Positions 35,323 to 48,666 are shown, numbered from the whole stretch's first letter. The stretch: DNA of 63,479 nucleotides, filler included, from Sphacelaria rigidula (GCA_964200075.2; 10 parts of 10 records of this genome joined end to end with filler, not necessarily neighbours in it), one strand, 5' to 3'. Numbers and translations are program-made. The notes: generated from the sequence alone by a model not told the origin.

Positions 35323-36917
35323 TAGGGTTGTATATCATTTTTTTCGAGGGGTTGATCTGATATTTGTTTTTTCTTTCAAATCGGCTTGATTCAATCATGA
35401 TTAGTTTATATAAATCAAGTAATCAACATCACGTCAATTGTTAAACTAATGATCATGAGTAGTTCATTTTTTCGGTAGAATTTAAGCAGCACACAATCCA
35501 AAAATCGTCTGAATTTGTCGGTGGAACAAAGTAGAGTGCACGAGCATGCATACGCGAGCCCGCAGCAGCAGCACAGCAGTCTTGTTTTCAATATTTTAGC
35601 TTAACCTGCTGGATCGGTACTCAAGCACCCCATATTCTTGCACTAAGGCTGTGTTTTACTCCGAGGTACTCTCAAATATGAAACATGTTGGCCTCAAACC
35701 TGTCTGGAAGAAAGAAGTCGATAGTGGTACCCAGATTGCACTCGCGTATCGACTAAGCTCCTTGTTGAATATTAGCAGCTTGAGTCATACGTTACTCCGT
35801 ATATATAATGTCGCGCTGTGGATGCGATTGACGAGAAAAAATATTGAGGCGATGCGAGTATCACTACGAAACACGTCATGCTATCCATGGTGTAAGATGT
35901 TGTGATACAACAGCCTTTAACCATACGGCATGCACGCGAATTTGTCTTTCCCTCCCCGCCTCCTGAAAGCGGTACTTGAAGACACCCTCCCCCACTACAG
36001 TATACCACAGGTATATATGTGAACAGCAGTAGTCCATTTTCCAGACAAGCCCAGCAGTAATCTCGACGAGCCAGGATAGCACTGATGTCTACCAGAGGTC
36101 ATGTTTCATGCTTTCGTGTAGGAACACGATGTCTGCAACCCGATCCCCACTAAGGCGGTTTCGGGTCTTCGTTACCATAAGTCCGCCTACAGAGAACACG
36201 CGTCCGGACGCAGCAGATGGAGCTTGTACTGCAAAGGCCTTGCGGGCTAGGATGGCGACGTGGGGATACACCCGCTGTGCCTTCGCCCACCACCCTAGAG
36301 CACCGCCCTCCTTGGCCGTGTCTTCCTCGGACACAATTTCATCTTTGTAGAGGCCCCCTTCTGTGAGTATTTGGTCCCCCTTCAACACAGCCAATTTGGG
36401 CTTCTTCCTCGCTGGGACAGGGAAACTTCCGTCCTCAATATTCTTGCCTCGTTGGGCGTGTTTCGTGGCGGCCGGTTGCGACATGAGACTCGCGATTGAA
36501 AACTCGTCAATGTTGTTTTTTCCTTTTTTCAAGTTCCGTGTGACCCTCAGTGTGCTGCTAGAGTGTGGCGCTACGTGGCGTGCGATATGCTGTGCTGCTG
36601 TGTGCTGCTATGTTTTCGTCGTTGCTAGCGTATTTTCGGGAGTGGAGTCGATGAGTAGACATATCCGTCGATCAATGCTCGCGCCGCAGGCAACAAAAAA
36701 AACCCGCTACACGACACAAACCCCTCTTTTCTTCCTGGAAAAAAACAACTAATCAAGATCAATCAAATCATTTTTGACTCAGTGGATCTAAGTTGATTAG
36801 TTGGTATTAATCGACTATTCAGCGACGCGCTGATGTGATTGTTGATATAAATCAAATAAACGTATTTTTTAATCAAAATTAACCCTGATTAATAACTTGA
36901 TATACTGTATAAGCCTA
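35323..36917 (-). mobile_element. Internally deleted hAT DNA transposon (~1.6 kb)
   Basis: Ends TAGGGTTGTATA / TATAAGCCTA, ATCAA/TTGAT subterminal arrays at both ends, degenerate 8-bp TSD GTGTGAGG/GTGCTAGG, transposase fragment inside. Confidence 0.8.
36089..36484 (-). CDS. Truncated hAT transposase: C-terminal dimerisation domain
   Basis: ALGWWAKAQRVYPHVAILARKAFAVQAPSAASGRVFSVGGLMVTKTRNRLSGDRVADIVFLHES matches the hATC consensus (WW...YP.L..LA......ATS...ER.FS). Confidence 0.85.
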   Translation of the reverse strand: MSQPAATKHAQRGKNIEDGSFPVPARKKPKLAVLKGDQILTEGGLYKDEIVSEEDTAKEGGALGWWAKAQRVYPHVAILARKAFAVQAPSAASGRVFSVGGLMVTKTRNRLSGDRVADIVFLHESMKHDLW

Positions 36918-38475
36918 GTGCTAGGCCTTCAGGTTCCATCTTAACAACAAAAATAGTAAGATATGTTGAAGGGTTTACAACTTCATGATCACGAAAAATC
37001 GCCCGCGTTTCTTATCGCAGGCAACAAAAAAAACTGATGAAATTGCAATCGGTAACACCACGCAAACAGGCCAGGGATTCCCAGCAGGGCGGCGATCATG
37101 CGCGGGGCATTGTCGCGCGGTCGATACGCGGACTCCTGCCGCACGAGGAGGGGAATCAGCAGCAACAGCAGCAGCAACAGCATCCTTGCTACCAGCAGCT
37201 GTGTGCAGTTGGGAATGGGGCTGAATCAGCCGGTGCAGAAGCTGCTGCTGCAGCTGCTGCTCTTCCTCGTATGAAAGGCGGGCCTCGTTTCGACCTTGTG
37301 ACAATGCCCATACACCTTGCGCGTGATACCACCCTGCTGGGAATCCCCGGTCCGTACTACCCGCTGATGGGTCCGTGCTTGCTAACTCGGCGAAGTGCTG
37401 GGAGATTTAGCTGTGCGTGTCTCTCGTTGGGACCCGTGCACGTCGGCTGTGTGTCCTTCGCGTGGCTACTGCTTTATAATACCAAAGCCAGCTGTGCACC
37501 CCATGAAGAGCCGAACAGCCCACTCGGGGCAGCCATTGTACGTCACTTTCGCATCCTCATCTGAGTGTTCCCTGGCTCTCGTTATTTTTTGTTCCAAAAA
37601 CGATGATTTTTTGTTTGTGAAAGTGATTTCGAGGGCGATGAGAAAGAGGCATCAGCCCTCAACCAATCGGAACGACGAAACACACACACACACACAAAAT
37701 CGCCAGAATCGGTCTCGCTTTCACCTTGCGTTCTCACTTTTTTCGCTTCGTTAAGATCGGACCTCACACCACGGTGAGGTCTTGAAAAAGACGTAATATG
37801 TACACGTAGCATTTGACTTTTTTCACCACTTTTGCCGAGTTTTCTCTCGCGGCAAGGCATCTCAACACGTGTTTTCTTTTGCAGTGCACGAAGAAGGCGC
37901 AGCGGTACATTACCTTTCAGATTTGGGTGTCATGTGATACCTGTGGCGCGTGTTATGGCCATCGAAAGTCGCCCGCACTGGCTCTTTTTCGCGGGGTGTC
38001 GATCGCGAACCACAAAAAGCCTCATCATGGGAAACTTTGAACAAGAACCCNNNNNNNNNNNNNNNNNNNNNNNNNNNNNNNNNNNNNNNNNNNNTTAATT
38101 AATTAANNNNNNNNNNNNNNNNNNNNNNNNNNNNNNNNNNNNNNNNNNNNCCCCCACACAACCCCCCCTGCCGTGGACCGCGGGTCAATGGTTGAACGCA
38201 CTAGGCCAACAAAAAAAAAGCCCCCCCCCCCCCCCGATATAGTAAGGTAGGTACAAAAGTAGTGACATGAAGTGGGGTTCAAATCAGTCTCGTGGGGGAG
38301 CGTGAGGGTCCATGAATTCGGAGTGCAGCTTTTCTGCAGAAAACTTACACGTGCGTGACGCGTGTCAAAGGCTGAGACGTTGTGCACTGAGTTATTCTTC
38401 CGGTGCTTTCTCCTCCGCCTGCCCCATGCCTCCTCGTTTTTCATGACAAATCATCGGTTTGTTGTCATTCTCCAG

Positions 38476-38840
38476 AGCCTCGGCAACGACAGCGTCGGGG
38501 GCGGTGGGTTGCATCGCATGAGTTGCGGCAGCAGCAGCATAATTGACCTCGGAGACAACAAGAACAACAACAGAGGCGTCACGACGGCCTCATCATCATC
38601 GTCATCGACGGGAATGATGCAGAATCCTCTCTCCGCCTCTTGCTCGGCGGGACTGCAGACCATCACCGGGAACGGCCAGTTGACGCGCACGCGGCGAACG
38701 CCCGGAAAGCAATCCGGCGACGATTTCATGGGCGCCACTTCTCTTTTTGCTCCGCTCTCAGGGATGGGTGGAGGGGGCTCTGGGTCGGTATCGGGAGGGA
38801 AGGGGACGAGGAGATCTTGGTCCCGCTCGCCGTTGTCCAG
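38476..38840 (+). CDS. Internal exon of an unknown low-complexity protein (exon 1 of 5 on this contig)
   Basis: CTCCAG acceptor, GT donor at 38841, phase 0-2; G/S-rich coding composition. Confidence 0.7.
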
Positions 38841-39795
38841 GTCAGATCATGGGTTTTGATTTCGACTATGTTCCATCATTGGTTGATAGAAGTTTAACGG
38901 TCGGTTGGTTGGTTGATGGCGTAGGACGTTATCGAGGTACAAATGCGTGCTTGACCCTACAGGTTATGTGCCTGTTGTACTGCATCGATTGACGAGGCGG
39001 AGGGGGCTCAGGCGCGGGATTTTTCCGTAGTACCGTACGCACGTGTCACAGGGCATTTGCAGGGTGAAGGGGGGTATTTCCCTCTGCTGGTACGCTGGTT
39101 TTACAGGGCATTTGCGGTTTCGTGTGCATTTGGTGTCCCCACACTGGGGTCCTGTAGGTGCAGGGTCCCAGTACAGGGCGGTCATGATAACTTTTTGCGT
39201 CAGATCTGCAGCACTCACTCGGAGCGATTCCGTCTCGGGTATGTCTGTCATGTGATCACGGCTGGATCCCGGGGCGGTCAGGTGAATATAACGCGAGAAT
39301 CACAGTAATCAAAGTCGGATCAATCAATTGAAGTGTGATGATCGCGAAGTTGACCGAGCTGGCAACCAACCCCATCATGTCAGGCGTACCCCACGACTGT
39401 AGTGCATGGCGTGCGGTGTATTGGACACCGCGTTGGAACATGTATTCGACTATTTTGTTTAGGGTGTGCGAAGTGTGGATACCATTGTATGGCGTCATAG
39501 CTGAAAAAATGTAAATTTTCCGAGCTCATGTGAATTACAGCTGTAGTTTTCGGGTCTACCGGCGATGAAGTGCTACGCGTACACGGCGCGCAGCTTGTAC
39601 GGACGAAAACCGTGATTGTCGATCAAGACTGCATATTTCGGGCTCCGCCACTTCTATATGTTTTCAAGCACGGACATCAGGTCATGTATCCTACTACTGT
39701 ACTGCGCGTGTCGAAGACTCCCAACGTTTTCTCCCCCACCCCCGACACCTGCCTCTGCAACCGCTGCGAAACGTCGATGTTTGCACGGAAAGTAG

Positions 39796-39946
39796 CGCCA
39801 AGCGTAAACGCAGTCACACGCAGCTTTCAGCGTGCGGAGACGAAAACGGACCCCCGTCGCCCTTCCCGAGTGACGGACCAAAGAACACCTCTCGCGCACT
39901 GTCCCAATCCCAGCTCGTTGTGCATCAGGATGGCGCGTACATGCAG
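39796..39946 (+). CDS. Exon 2 of the unknown protein (AKRKR, NLS-like)
   Basis: TAG acceptor, CAG|GTGAGG donor, phase 2-0 bridging the flanking exons. Confidence 0.65.
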
Positions 39947-40422
39947 GTGAGGGCTGTTTTTTTATATTCTTGTTATCGAGAGGAAGTCACACGCGGTGTA
40001 TGTGTGGGGGCACTTGGGCGTGAGAGCGCTGAGGGCTGAAAAATATTTCGTGTGGTTGGTTGAATCCCGGTAAACAGGGAAAGCGAAAAAAAATGTGTCG
40101 AGTATGTGTGTTGTGTTCCGCTTGTCTACGGGCAGAGTACACATATTTTTTGTTTATTCGCGGATTCGTTGTCGCTTTTCGCGTGGATAGAACATAACCT
40201 TTATTTGAGCATTGGCTCGTTGTTTCATTCCTCCCGCTCTATTCGTCGTCCTCTTTTTTTTTGTTCAAGGCACTCCAAGCACGCAGACCAATACTTAATA
40301 ATCGATGTATATGTTTTTTTCTACATCGGGATCACCGATCGTCCTCACTTCACTCCCTCCCACCGTTTCCCACGTCGCTCCTCCATGTTTGTCAATCGGC
40401 CCTTCCGTCCCCCCGTGAACAG

Positions 40423-40665
40423 GTGATTTTTGATGAGACACACCGATTCGCGTGCGATGATGACACGCCCGACTTGCCGCCACTACCAAGTACCGCTTCC
40501 GCGGGGGACGGTGCTGCCGACGCTGTCAACAAAGGGATGGGCCCCGCAGCGGGCGGGGACGAAGTGAACCGTACGGGGAATGGTCGCTCCAAGGGGGGCA
40601 GGAATGATATCGATCAGGCACTGAGTTTGCTACAGCTTTCGGGGGGGAGCGGCGGCGTCCCTCAG
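40423..40665 (+). CDS. Exon 3 of the unknown protein
   Basis: VIFDETHRFACDDD...DIDQALSLLQLSGGSGGVPQ; CAG acceptor and GT donor, phase 0-0. Confidence 0.72.
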
Positions 40666-41801
40666 GTCCGCTTCATATCATCTTGGATATCCAGTAGTGT
40701 GTTTTTCGTCTGTAGTAATCGTTTTGTTGTCGGAGTCCAAATCTCATGACTGCTTTTTTTCATTTATTCGTTCATTCATGTATTTTTTACAGTTTTTATT
40801 ATTGACCCTCATGTTGAGGTTATTTACAGTCGAGTGTTCTCGTTCCCCTCGGTGTATTGTATATACACGTGCTGGAGATACATTAACCTCTAGCTAACTT
40901 TTTGTTTTTGTGTGCCGAGGAGTCGGTGGGCGTCAGTGGTTCAAGTCAGTTTCGAGAGAGAGTGAGTCAACCAATCGATTTGTCACGTTTCGATGTTTTT
41001 GTGGTGGCCGGAGTGCCCACTGTTCGAGAAGTGATGCGTGATTCAAATATTCTGCGAACTATCGATATTGGAAGTTTCATCTGATTTTCATTTTTTTCGG
41101 TGTTATTGTTCCGGTGGAGGCACAACTTGTCTAACCCGTGGTCTTAATCGGTTGGTTTTTGTACATATTTTTGTTGAAAATCGCGACAAATATTTCGTGC
41201 CATCGGTCTCGGTAATACGACGATGAAAGATTTCCCAATTTTGATCGGTTTGAAGAATGGGCCCGGGGGTCTGGATCGGAAATGTCGATATCGGTTTTGT
41301 CCTACTGGTATCCGAAGGGTGATTGTCTCATGAACATTGACATTTTGCCCATTTATCAGCATTTCAACAGCGACTTCGTCACGTTCGAAAATGTCTAATG
41401 TGTGCCAACACGGATCGCTGACCGCGGAGTTTTTACTCCATCATTTACTATTTTTTCATTATTTCATGTATTATTTTTGTATTTGTCGCAATACGAACTC
41501 CTCCCCTTTGTCGGGACGAGTCCATCGTCCCAAGGGATGACTCCACCTCTTCCCCGGTACGTGCCTTGCATTTTGGTCTCGTGGATTGGATCATGACTAA
41601 CACTCTCGCACCGCGTCAACTCACGTGAAACAAACAACTCGGTCGACTACTTTGTTTACTCACGTTCTCATTCTTTCCGGAGTATGCAGTCGTTTTCCCA
41701 ATGATTCCACATGTGCCGAGGTTCATGTTGATAGCTGTTTGTTGAAGTGCAGGCGTGTCGAAGACGTGTCAGTCAATGATGTGTCAAAGTCGTGCTGTGA
41801 C

Positions 41802-41844
<43 letters not shown>

Positions 41845-41898
41845 ATATTTCCCCTCTTCCCCGTGCTATGTTCGCGCTTTATTGGTCATGATGTATAG

Positions 41899-41997
41899 TT
41901 GAAGTTTGCACGGGCGGATAAACGATTGTACGACGGTGCGGGCGGGAAGAGCATTGAGGAATTAGCTGGCGGCTCGAGTTCCCCTCGTGATCAGCAG
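41899..41997 (+). CDS. Exon 4 of the unknown protein
   Basis: LKFARADKRLYDGAGGKSIEELAGGSSSPRDQQ; TAG acceptor, GTGAGA donor, phase 0-0. Confidence 0.6.
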
Positions 41998-43029
41998 GTG
42001 AGATTGGAAGAAGGCACGATGACGACATCAGTTGCCAGTTCTTCCCGTTGGAATCCGCTACATCCTGTCGCCGTGAAGTGGTGAAGGACATATTCATGAT
42101 GTACGGCTTGTCGCCGTTTCCTTTGTATGGAGGCGTAACTTGAAGTGCCTTTCCCATACCGACAATCCCCGTCTCAATATTTCACGCACTCTCTTTTTAT
42201 CCCCCTTCCAGCTTGATTTTTTTTCCCCCCACACCCTGGATGATGACTATAGATGACAATGTCGAAAGTGTACTACGTACGGTATCCACTATTGCGCCTG
42301 TTGCAATGGACAAAATATTCCCATGGTGTACGTGGTACAATTTTGATGTAGTCTACTCGTGTTGTGGTTGAGAGTGTGTGTGGGGTGTTATTTCGTACTT
42401 GATCGCGTTGTCTCACCGTGTTCATCTTGTCTTGACCATGGGTTCGAGAGATGGTGCCAATGTGAAGGATATAATAATACCTTAGAAATATAAGATTTTC
42501 AACGAGGAATTACCCCGGAGTGCCGTAAATATATTCCCGTAGCTGCGTTCCCTCTCGTTCGTGTGATGACGTGGCATTTTCAGGGAGACGCACTCTGATG
42601 GCCTTACCCGTGCGGTCATGACCGTGATCGCCATTGAGTACGTGAAGATACGTGTCACATAGGCTACATGAACGTGATGGGAGAACATGCGCGTGTCGTC
42701 CTCCTCTGTTTTCGTTTCTTGTGAGGTTCATGTTTTGATTTTTCTTGAGATGGCACGTCAGTATTTGATTGGTACCAAATTGTCAGTATATAGTTCGACT
42801 TCAATCCAATAAAAAAATACCAGGTATTTGATTTCGATTTGTCAGCCCCCCGGGGCAGTTCGTTCCGTAGTGATGGTCCATTTCCACCCCGTCACGGTAC
42901 TTTACTTGTCGAGAATTTCACTCGAAAAATCAAACGTATCATCATGGGCGTGAAGATTGTTTGCACAACAAACTCACGACACACGAACGGTTTCATCTTC
43001 ATTTTTTCTTCTTTCTCAAAACACGGCAG

Positions 43030-43507
43030 AATTTGTTGGAGAACGTTGTGCCGGAATCGAGCATGATGCCTTCGACATCATCGCCAGCATCGGCAACAGC
43101 TGTAGCAGCAGCAGCAGTAGCAGCAACGTCAACAGCACCACATACCTCGGCAGCGTCGGGAGCCCATCAAACAAACGCCACGAACAACAACAACAACAGC
43201 AGTAGCAGCAACAACAACGGCAGTAGTTGGCCGTTCATATCCCCTCCATCGCTCTCCCCGTTCTCCACCACAATCGCGGGTCCGCATCATGTGGGCACAT
43301 ATGTCAATCCCGCGGTACACCAAGAATTCCCGAAAGAGTCATATCCCGGAGCGGTGGATGCTGCCGCGGCAGCTGCTGCTGCTACCCGCCTCCTCGGCAA
43401 GCCGCAGGGGCCGGCCATGGCGCCCACAGCAACGGCAGCAGCGAGCGTTAGGACGAAGGGGGCGTCTTTAGTGCGAAACGGCACCCGTCCCGCCACCCCT
43501 GGCACAG
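43030..43507 (+). CDS. Exon 5 of the unknown protein (poly-A/N/S tracts)
   Basis: CAG acceptor after a pyrimidine tract, G|GTACGT donor; frame continuous with the upstream exons. Confidence 0.72.
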
Positions 43508-44014
43508 GTACGTGCGTGTCGTGTGTGTTTGTGTGTGTGTCTTTTTTGTGCAGGCGTTTTCTTCCGTCTGCTTTTTATGAGTTTTCATACAGTGCTGTAG
43601 GTAACACGTATTTTATTTCTTAGCTTTATTTCGTATATGTATATATATATATGTATATGTATATATATTCCTCCCTTTTTTTTAGTGGTGTTCGTGATGA
43701 AGAATCATATTCGTTGTTGGCACATATTCGATTCGACTGTGTGTGTCGTACAGCTTGATTTCTTCTCTATTATAGGAGCTTTTTGTTCAAACTGTGGAGT
43801 CATGTGAGGCGTTTCCCCCATATTTTTTCTCTTCCTTATTTGAAAAAGAGACCCGCCAAGGTAATATATACTTTGAAGCATTATATATATATATATATTT
43901 TTTTTTCCTTTTTGTGGTTTGGTTGTGGCGGCTATGTATGTGACGTGGGGCACAAAGGTACATGGACACATTTTCTTGTTTGCTAGTTTTCCTTCATAAC
44001 TTCCATCCACCCCC

Positions 44015-44294
44015 CGATGAATGGTGAGACAGCTATGGGGCAGCGTGGGACCCGGGGTTGTCTCTGGAAGTGGCGATACCAGGAGATGAAGCAAGTCGTT
44101 CTAGGCTGTCATTTGAATGCAAGATAATCGATACGCCTCTGGCCGAACAATCGTAGCACGATGCAGCTCACCCCTTGCGCGACTCGCCGAACGCATCACG
44201 GCGCTTGGCCCTTGGTGATTGAATGCGAGCCTGTTCCGGCTTTGTAGTGATGCCCGTTTAATGTTTCTTCGACTTCGGCATGCAAAATCACGAG

Positions 44295-44356
<62 letters not shown>
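44015..44356 (+). repeat. Family B repeat fragment ending in a ~60-nt poly-C run
   Basis: GGTGAGACA...TCTCTGGAAGTGGCGATACCAGG shared with 56350-56420 and 58110-58170. Confidence 0.65.
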
Positions 44357-44359
<3 letters not shown>

Positions 44360-44689
44360 CTCTCTTCCTCCGCCCGTCGCTCCACCCACCCAAGCACCGC
44401 CCCACCCCNNNNNNNNNNNNNNNNNNNNNNNNNNNNNNNNNNNNNNNNNNNNTTAATTAATTAANNNNNNNNNNNNNNNNNNNNNNNNNNNNNNNNNNNN
44501 NNNNNNNNAGAAGAAATCGTGAATTTGGTGATTTTGAGTCGTGATGATTTGTCCTAACCGTGAACATTTTCGATCTGATAGGTCCACCGCATTTATGTTC
44601 CTAGTTGGTTTGAACTATTTTTATGATTAGTGACTATATTACAGACCACCACTCCAGATACTACCCGTTCACAGAATCATGCAAACTCC

Positions 44690-46410
44690 ATATAAGTCAT
44701 TCTCAGCTCCCACGGCAACCCAGCAGATAGAGCACGATTCAGTACGAGGATAGATGCACTGCAGTAGTTGGGTATGCTCTGTTAATTTTTTGTCAGCGAA
44801 AACTTGAGCATCTTCTTTCATGGTGGGGATCAGCGACAGAACTGCTTGGTAGAGTGGGCAACCAAGTTGCGTACACGCTCATGGACAGTACAGGCAGTTC
44901 AAAGAAGCTGCACGTTGTTCAAGTCCTTTTCACGTCGCATTATAAGCAGAGAGAGCAGGTGGTCTTGGGCTGTCTGTACTGCACGTTGCCCACTTCTCTT
45001 TCACATCCGACTGTACTAAACACGCACACAAGCGCTCAAGACACACTGCATGCGAACAGTGCAGACAACGGTACAGACAGTACTCTACACAAGAGACTAT
45101 GTACCGTTTCACGAATTTCGATTGTTTTTTTTCGATCGCAAGCTTGAAAATTCGCTCGGACCCAACTTGAGAAGAATGAGCCGAATTTCGCTCAAATCAA
45201 TTCCACCGCCTCTTTTTTTTAATCGGAAAAAAATTGCTACAACACGACCCAAGGCCGTATCAAATTTGTTCGACTCGAAAACGTGCGGTGGAATCGAATT
45301 CGTCGCATGCAGGTCGTATCTGATACGTCCACGGCATTTATGTTCTTAGATGGCTTCAAGTTATGCTTATACTTTTTTGTGCGCGAGGGGGAGTGTGAGA
45401 AATAGAAAAGCTTTGACCGTGTCTTACAGAGACCAAAATACGAAGCGTGAAAGGGAACAAGCGTCGAAAGCAGCGTGTTGATCGACCGCCGGGCAGGTCT
45501 ATAATTGCGGCGACTAGTCTACATGCTGTTTTTGAACGCTCGTTCCCTTTCACGCTTCTGTTTTTGGTCTCCATAAAATACGGTCTAAGCTTTTTCGATC
45601 GAAAGCATGTGGTGGAAAAAAACGAAGAGGCACTTGACTCCTATCTTGAAGAGCAGCACGCTGGATACCATCCTCTCGAAGAGCAATATAAACCTCACAC
45701 AATTTTCTCAACAACTCAACGCAAGTCGCAGCATAGATCACGAGTGGAGCACAGGGTGCATACACTACTGTATTGGGGAACCGACACTACCACCCTCTAC
45801 TGTAGGCATGATGTATTTATTTTTTGCCAGCGGAATCTTGAGCATCTCCTTTTTTTTCAGGGATCAGGGACGGAATTGCGCGGTAGGGTGGGCGACCGAC
45901 TTTCACTCATGCTCATGGACAGTACAGGCAGTACAAAACTGCACGTTGTTCGAATATTTTTTACATACTTCAGTGTGAAGAGAGTATGGATAGTCCCGTG
46001 CTGTCTACACTGCACGTTGCCCCCTTTCCTCTTCACACCCTACTGTACGAAACACACACACTGTTGTGCAGACAACACAGACAGTACTGTACTGTCTGCA
46101 TTGAATACAAGTGAATGAGTACCGTTCCATGAATTCCACCGTCCTTATTGATCAAAAGCGTGCAAATACGCTCGGACCCAAACGCAGGCAAGCAAACGAA
46201 TTCCATTCCGCCCGCACCAATTCGTTCGAGCCGAAACAAAATTGACAAGACACAGCCCAAAGCCGTGTCTCAGCCAATCATTTTTCGATTGACAAAGTAC
46301 AGTCGAAAAGAAAAATCCAATATGACACGTCGTAATTTCGACATGAATTGCGGTAGTTGGATCCACGACCTATCAGATAGGAATATTCCTTTTCTACGGC
46401 ACATTTCCGA
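44690..46410 (+). repeat. Two diverged tandem copies (~44690-45350 and ~45720-46410) of a repeat related to the family D arm
   Basis: GCTCATGGACAGTACAGGCAGT and CTGCACGTTGTTC repeated; the latter motif is also at ~17460. Confidence 0.6.
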
Positions 46411-47484
46411 TCCAAAAATAATGCGCTGAGACACGCCCTAAGTGTATCCCCCGAGATGTTTCGAGCAATATGTCCTCTACGCCACTTTTATAGCACCACT
46501 CTCGGCGGCGTTGCTGTGACGAGTTTACGGCAGGTAGATTCCGAGCAAACAGAGGTTAAAACCGCATCCCGCAGATTATTGGTGTACTGGTATGTGCTCA
46601 CTGCAACTGCGACGCTTGTTGCTCACTTGAATCGTCGGTTGGTGGTCACTAATTCTGAGCACCGTACTTCGGCAGCATGTAGTGCTGGTGTTGTGGGATA
46701 GTTACGTATTGTTGTCCGTTCTGTACTTCTTCTTTTTTTCCCCTGAAGGAAGGAGGAGACCTGACCCAGCATTCAACCCGCAAGTAGGTTCGTGTGCCTA
46801 TTATCCGGAGCCTCGGCCAGACGACCTCACGGCAGTCATGTGGGGTAGGCGCCTCGAGCGTTCGCAAGCTTTGCTCAAGGCAGTTTGGGGATCCGACCCG
46901 CTAGAACCCCCCGGACATCTTGGCGTAGTGCACGCGCCGCCCTACTCTTATGAGCTTCGGCCCGTTCTGTACTTGTGTCATGTAGACAACCGTGCCGCGC
47001 GATGCGTACGCACACGGCGGAGGAAAATACCCTGTCGGTGCCACGGTTTACGCTTGAGACACTTTCTACGATAGCCCCCCCCCCCCCCTCCAAAAAAAAG
47101 GGGCTGGTTTGGGCATGCAAAATCTGCACGTAAATCAAAATAAAAGAAGCCAAGCATGACGAGCAGCTGGGAATTCCCACGTTTGGGTGCGTTTTCGCCG
47201 ATGTCGCCTACATGAGGCGCTTCATGCAGCCTGAAACCAAACATCAGGCGCCGTATGACCATTCTCTTCGTGACAAGTTCGGGCCGGTTTTGGGGGGGGG
47301 CTATCGTAGAATGGGTCTTAAGTAGCTCGAGGAGGTTGGGCCGCGCCATGCCGCCAAGATTTTGTGACATGCAGGGTGCTTGTTTTCTCGGCAAGCCGGG
47401 CCTCAAAAATTAATCGCCGGCGTCGGGCGGTGCAAAGGAAAGCGGAAGGAATATTCCATGGGCGATATTTTACGATAATCGAGC

Positions 47485-47848
47485 AGTATGTACTGTGTAT
47501 GTTGTCGTCCCATCTATTCTGGGCGCTGGTCTACACCTTTCGGTATGGGTGGGCGCACCAGCCGGGGTCACACAGGAGGAAGGTCAACACAGGAGTTTTT
47601 TCTTCTTCTTTTTAGTACCCCACCTTCCTTCTGCGGTGCTTGCCTTCTTTTTTTTTTATCGCGAGAGAGGTTTAGCAGTCCCTTTCCCTCGTCGACCGTT
47701 GAGTCGAATTTTGTGTACCCACGACATGGTCGCTCTCCACTGTTGGGCATTGTGTGAGAAAGAATCGTAGATCGCTCCGAGAATCGAACCCACGACCCAA
47801 CCGTCAGAAGGCTTCGAGCTTACCAGCTGAGCCACCAGGGCGACCGGC
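47485..47848 (-). mobile_element. tRNA-derived SINE
   Basis: Minus-strand head with A box TGGCTCAGCTGG, TCT anticodon-like loop and B box GGTTCGATTCTC; ~290-bp body with a second copy at 61245-61475 (+). Confidence 0.8.
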
Positions 47849-48070
47849 TCATGTACTGTACTGCATTTTACCTCGCACGACAGTACGGTACGGTGGAACC
47901 TTCCCGATGATCCCAGCCTCAGTGTGCATCCATCAACGAGATCCGGCACTAGACTCTACTCACTGGCTATGGCATGCTCCTGCAGATCGGCTGACATGAA
48001 ATCCGACCAGAAGTCTCGAAGTTTTCTACAATTAATTTCATTCTCGACTTTTACATGATGACACCGGTAC

Positions 48071-48312
48071 CACGGTAGGGATGCACAAACTTCTTCTTAG
48101 GTTTGAAATATCGGGAGTCCTGTATCTCGCCTAAAAAGCGATGTATGGAGTGTGTGAGAGCACGCGATGATTAGCTTCTCCAGTGGGCTGGGGACAACTC
48201 GAAGGAAATTTGAAACCGGGGATAGCCTGACCCATTTTCTCGTGTCGCTTCTAACTCTAGGATCCCCACAATGAAAAACGTCTGAACCCGAATGTGTAAC
48301 CCCTACCGTGGC
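48071..48312. mobile_element. MITE family C copy
   Basis: CACGGTAGGGATGCACA ... TGTAACCCCTACCGTG. Confidence 0.65.
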
Positions 48313-48589
48313 ATGAAATGATGAAGCGCCTTCGTTCGCTACGATACTAGAGTAGAGTAGTCAAGATTAAACCTGTATGTTTCCAAGTGAACAGTCAAGG
48401 TAAGACTGCCCAGTTTCTCTCACGAGTGGAGCATGAGCCAGGCGTTGACCCTTACGCGTAGACGCTGACGAATAGGGCACGCCTTACCTTTTGCCTCGGA
48501 GACCCTTTTCAAAAAGGGTTACCCGAGACGTCATGTTTTGCCTTCTCACGCTTTCCACGGTGGAGATCATACATTGCGAAGAAAAAATC

Positions 48590-48666
48590 CAATGCATCGG
48601 GAATCGAACCCTCGTCCTCTCCACCCTAATGGCGACAGTCGGACCATTACACCACCGAGTCGCGGC
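48590..48666 (-). pseudogene. tRNA-like sequence (tRNA pseudogene or SINE head)
   Basis: A box TGGTGTAATGG and B box GGTTCGATTCC at tRNA spacing, followed by a T-run; acceptor stem does not form. Confidence 0.5.

Noticed and set aside
41490..41557. Exon-like segment YELLPFVGTSPSSQGMTPPLP with a GTACGT donor
   Set aside because: No AG acceptor after the pyrimidine tract (GCAA), and its phase does not fit; the gene model is in frame without it
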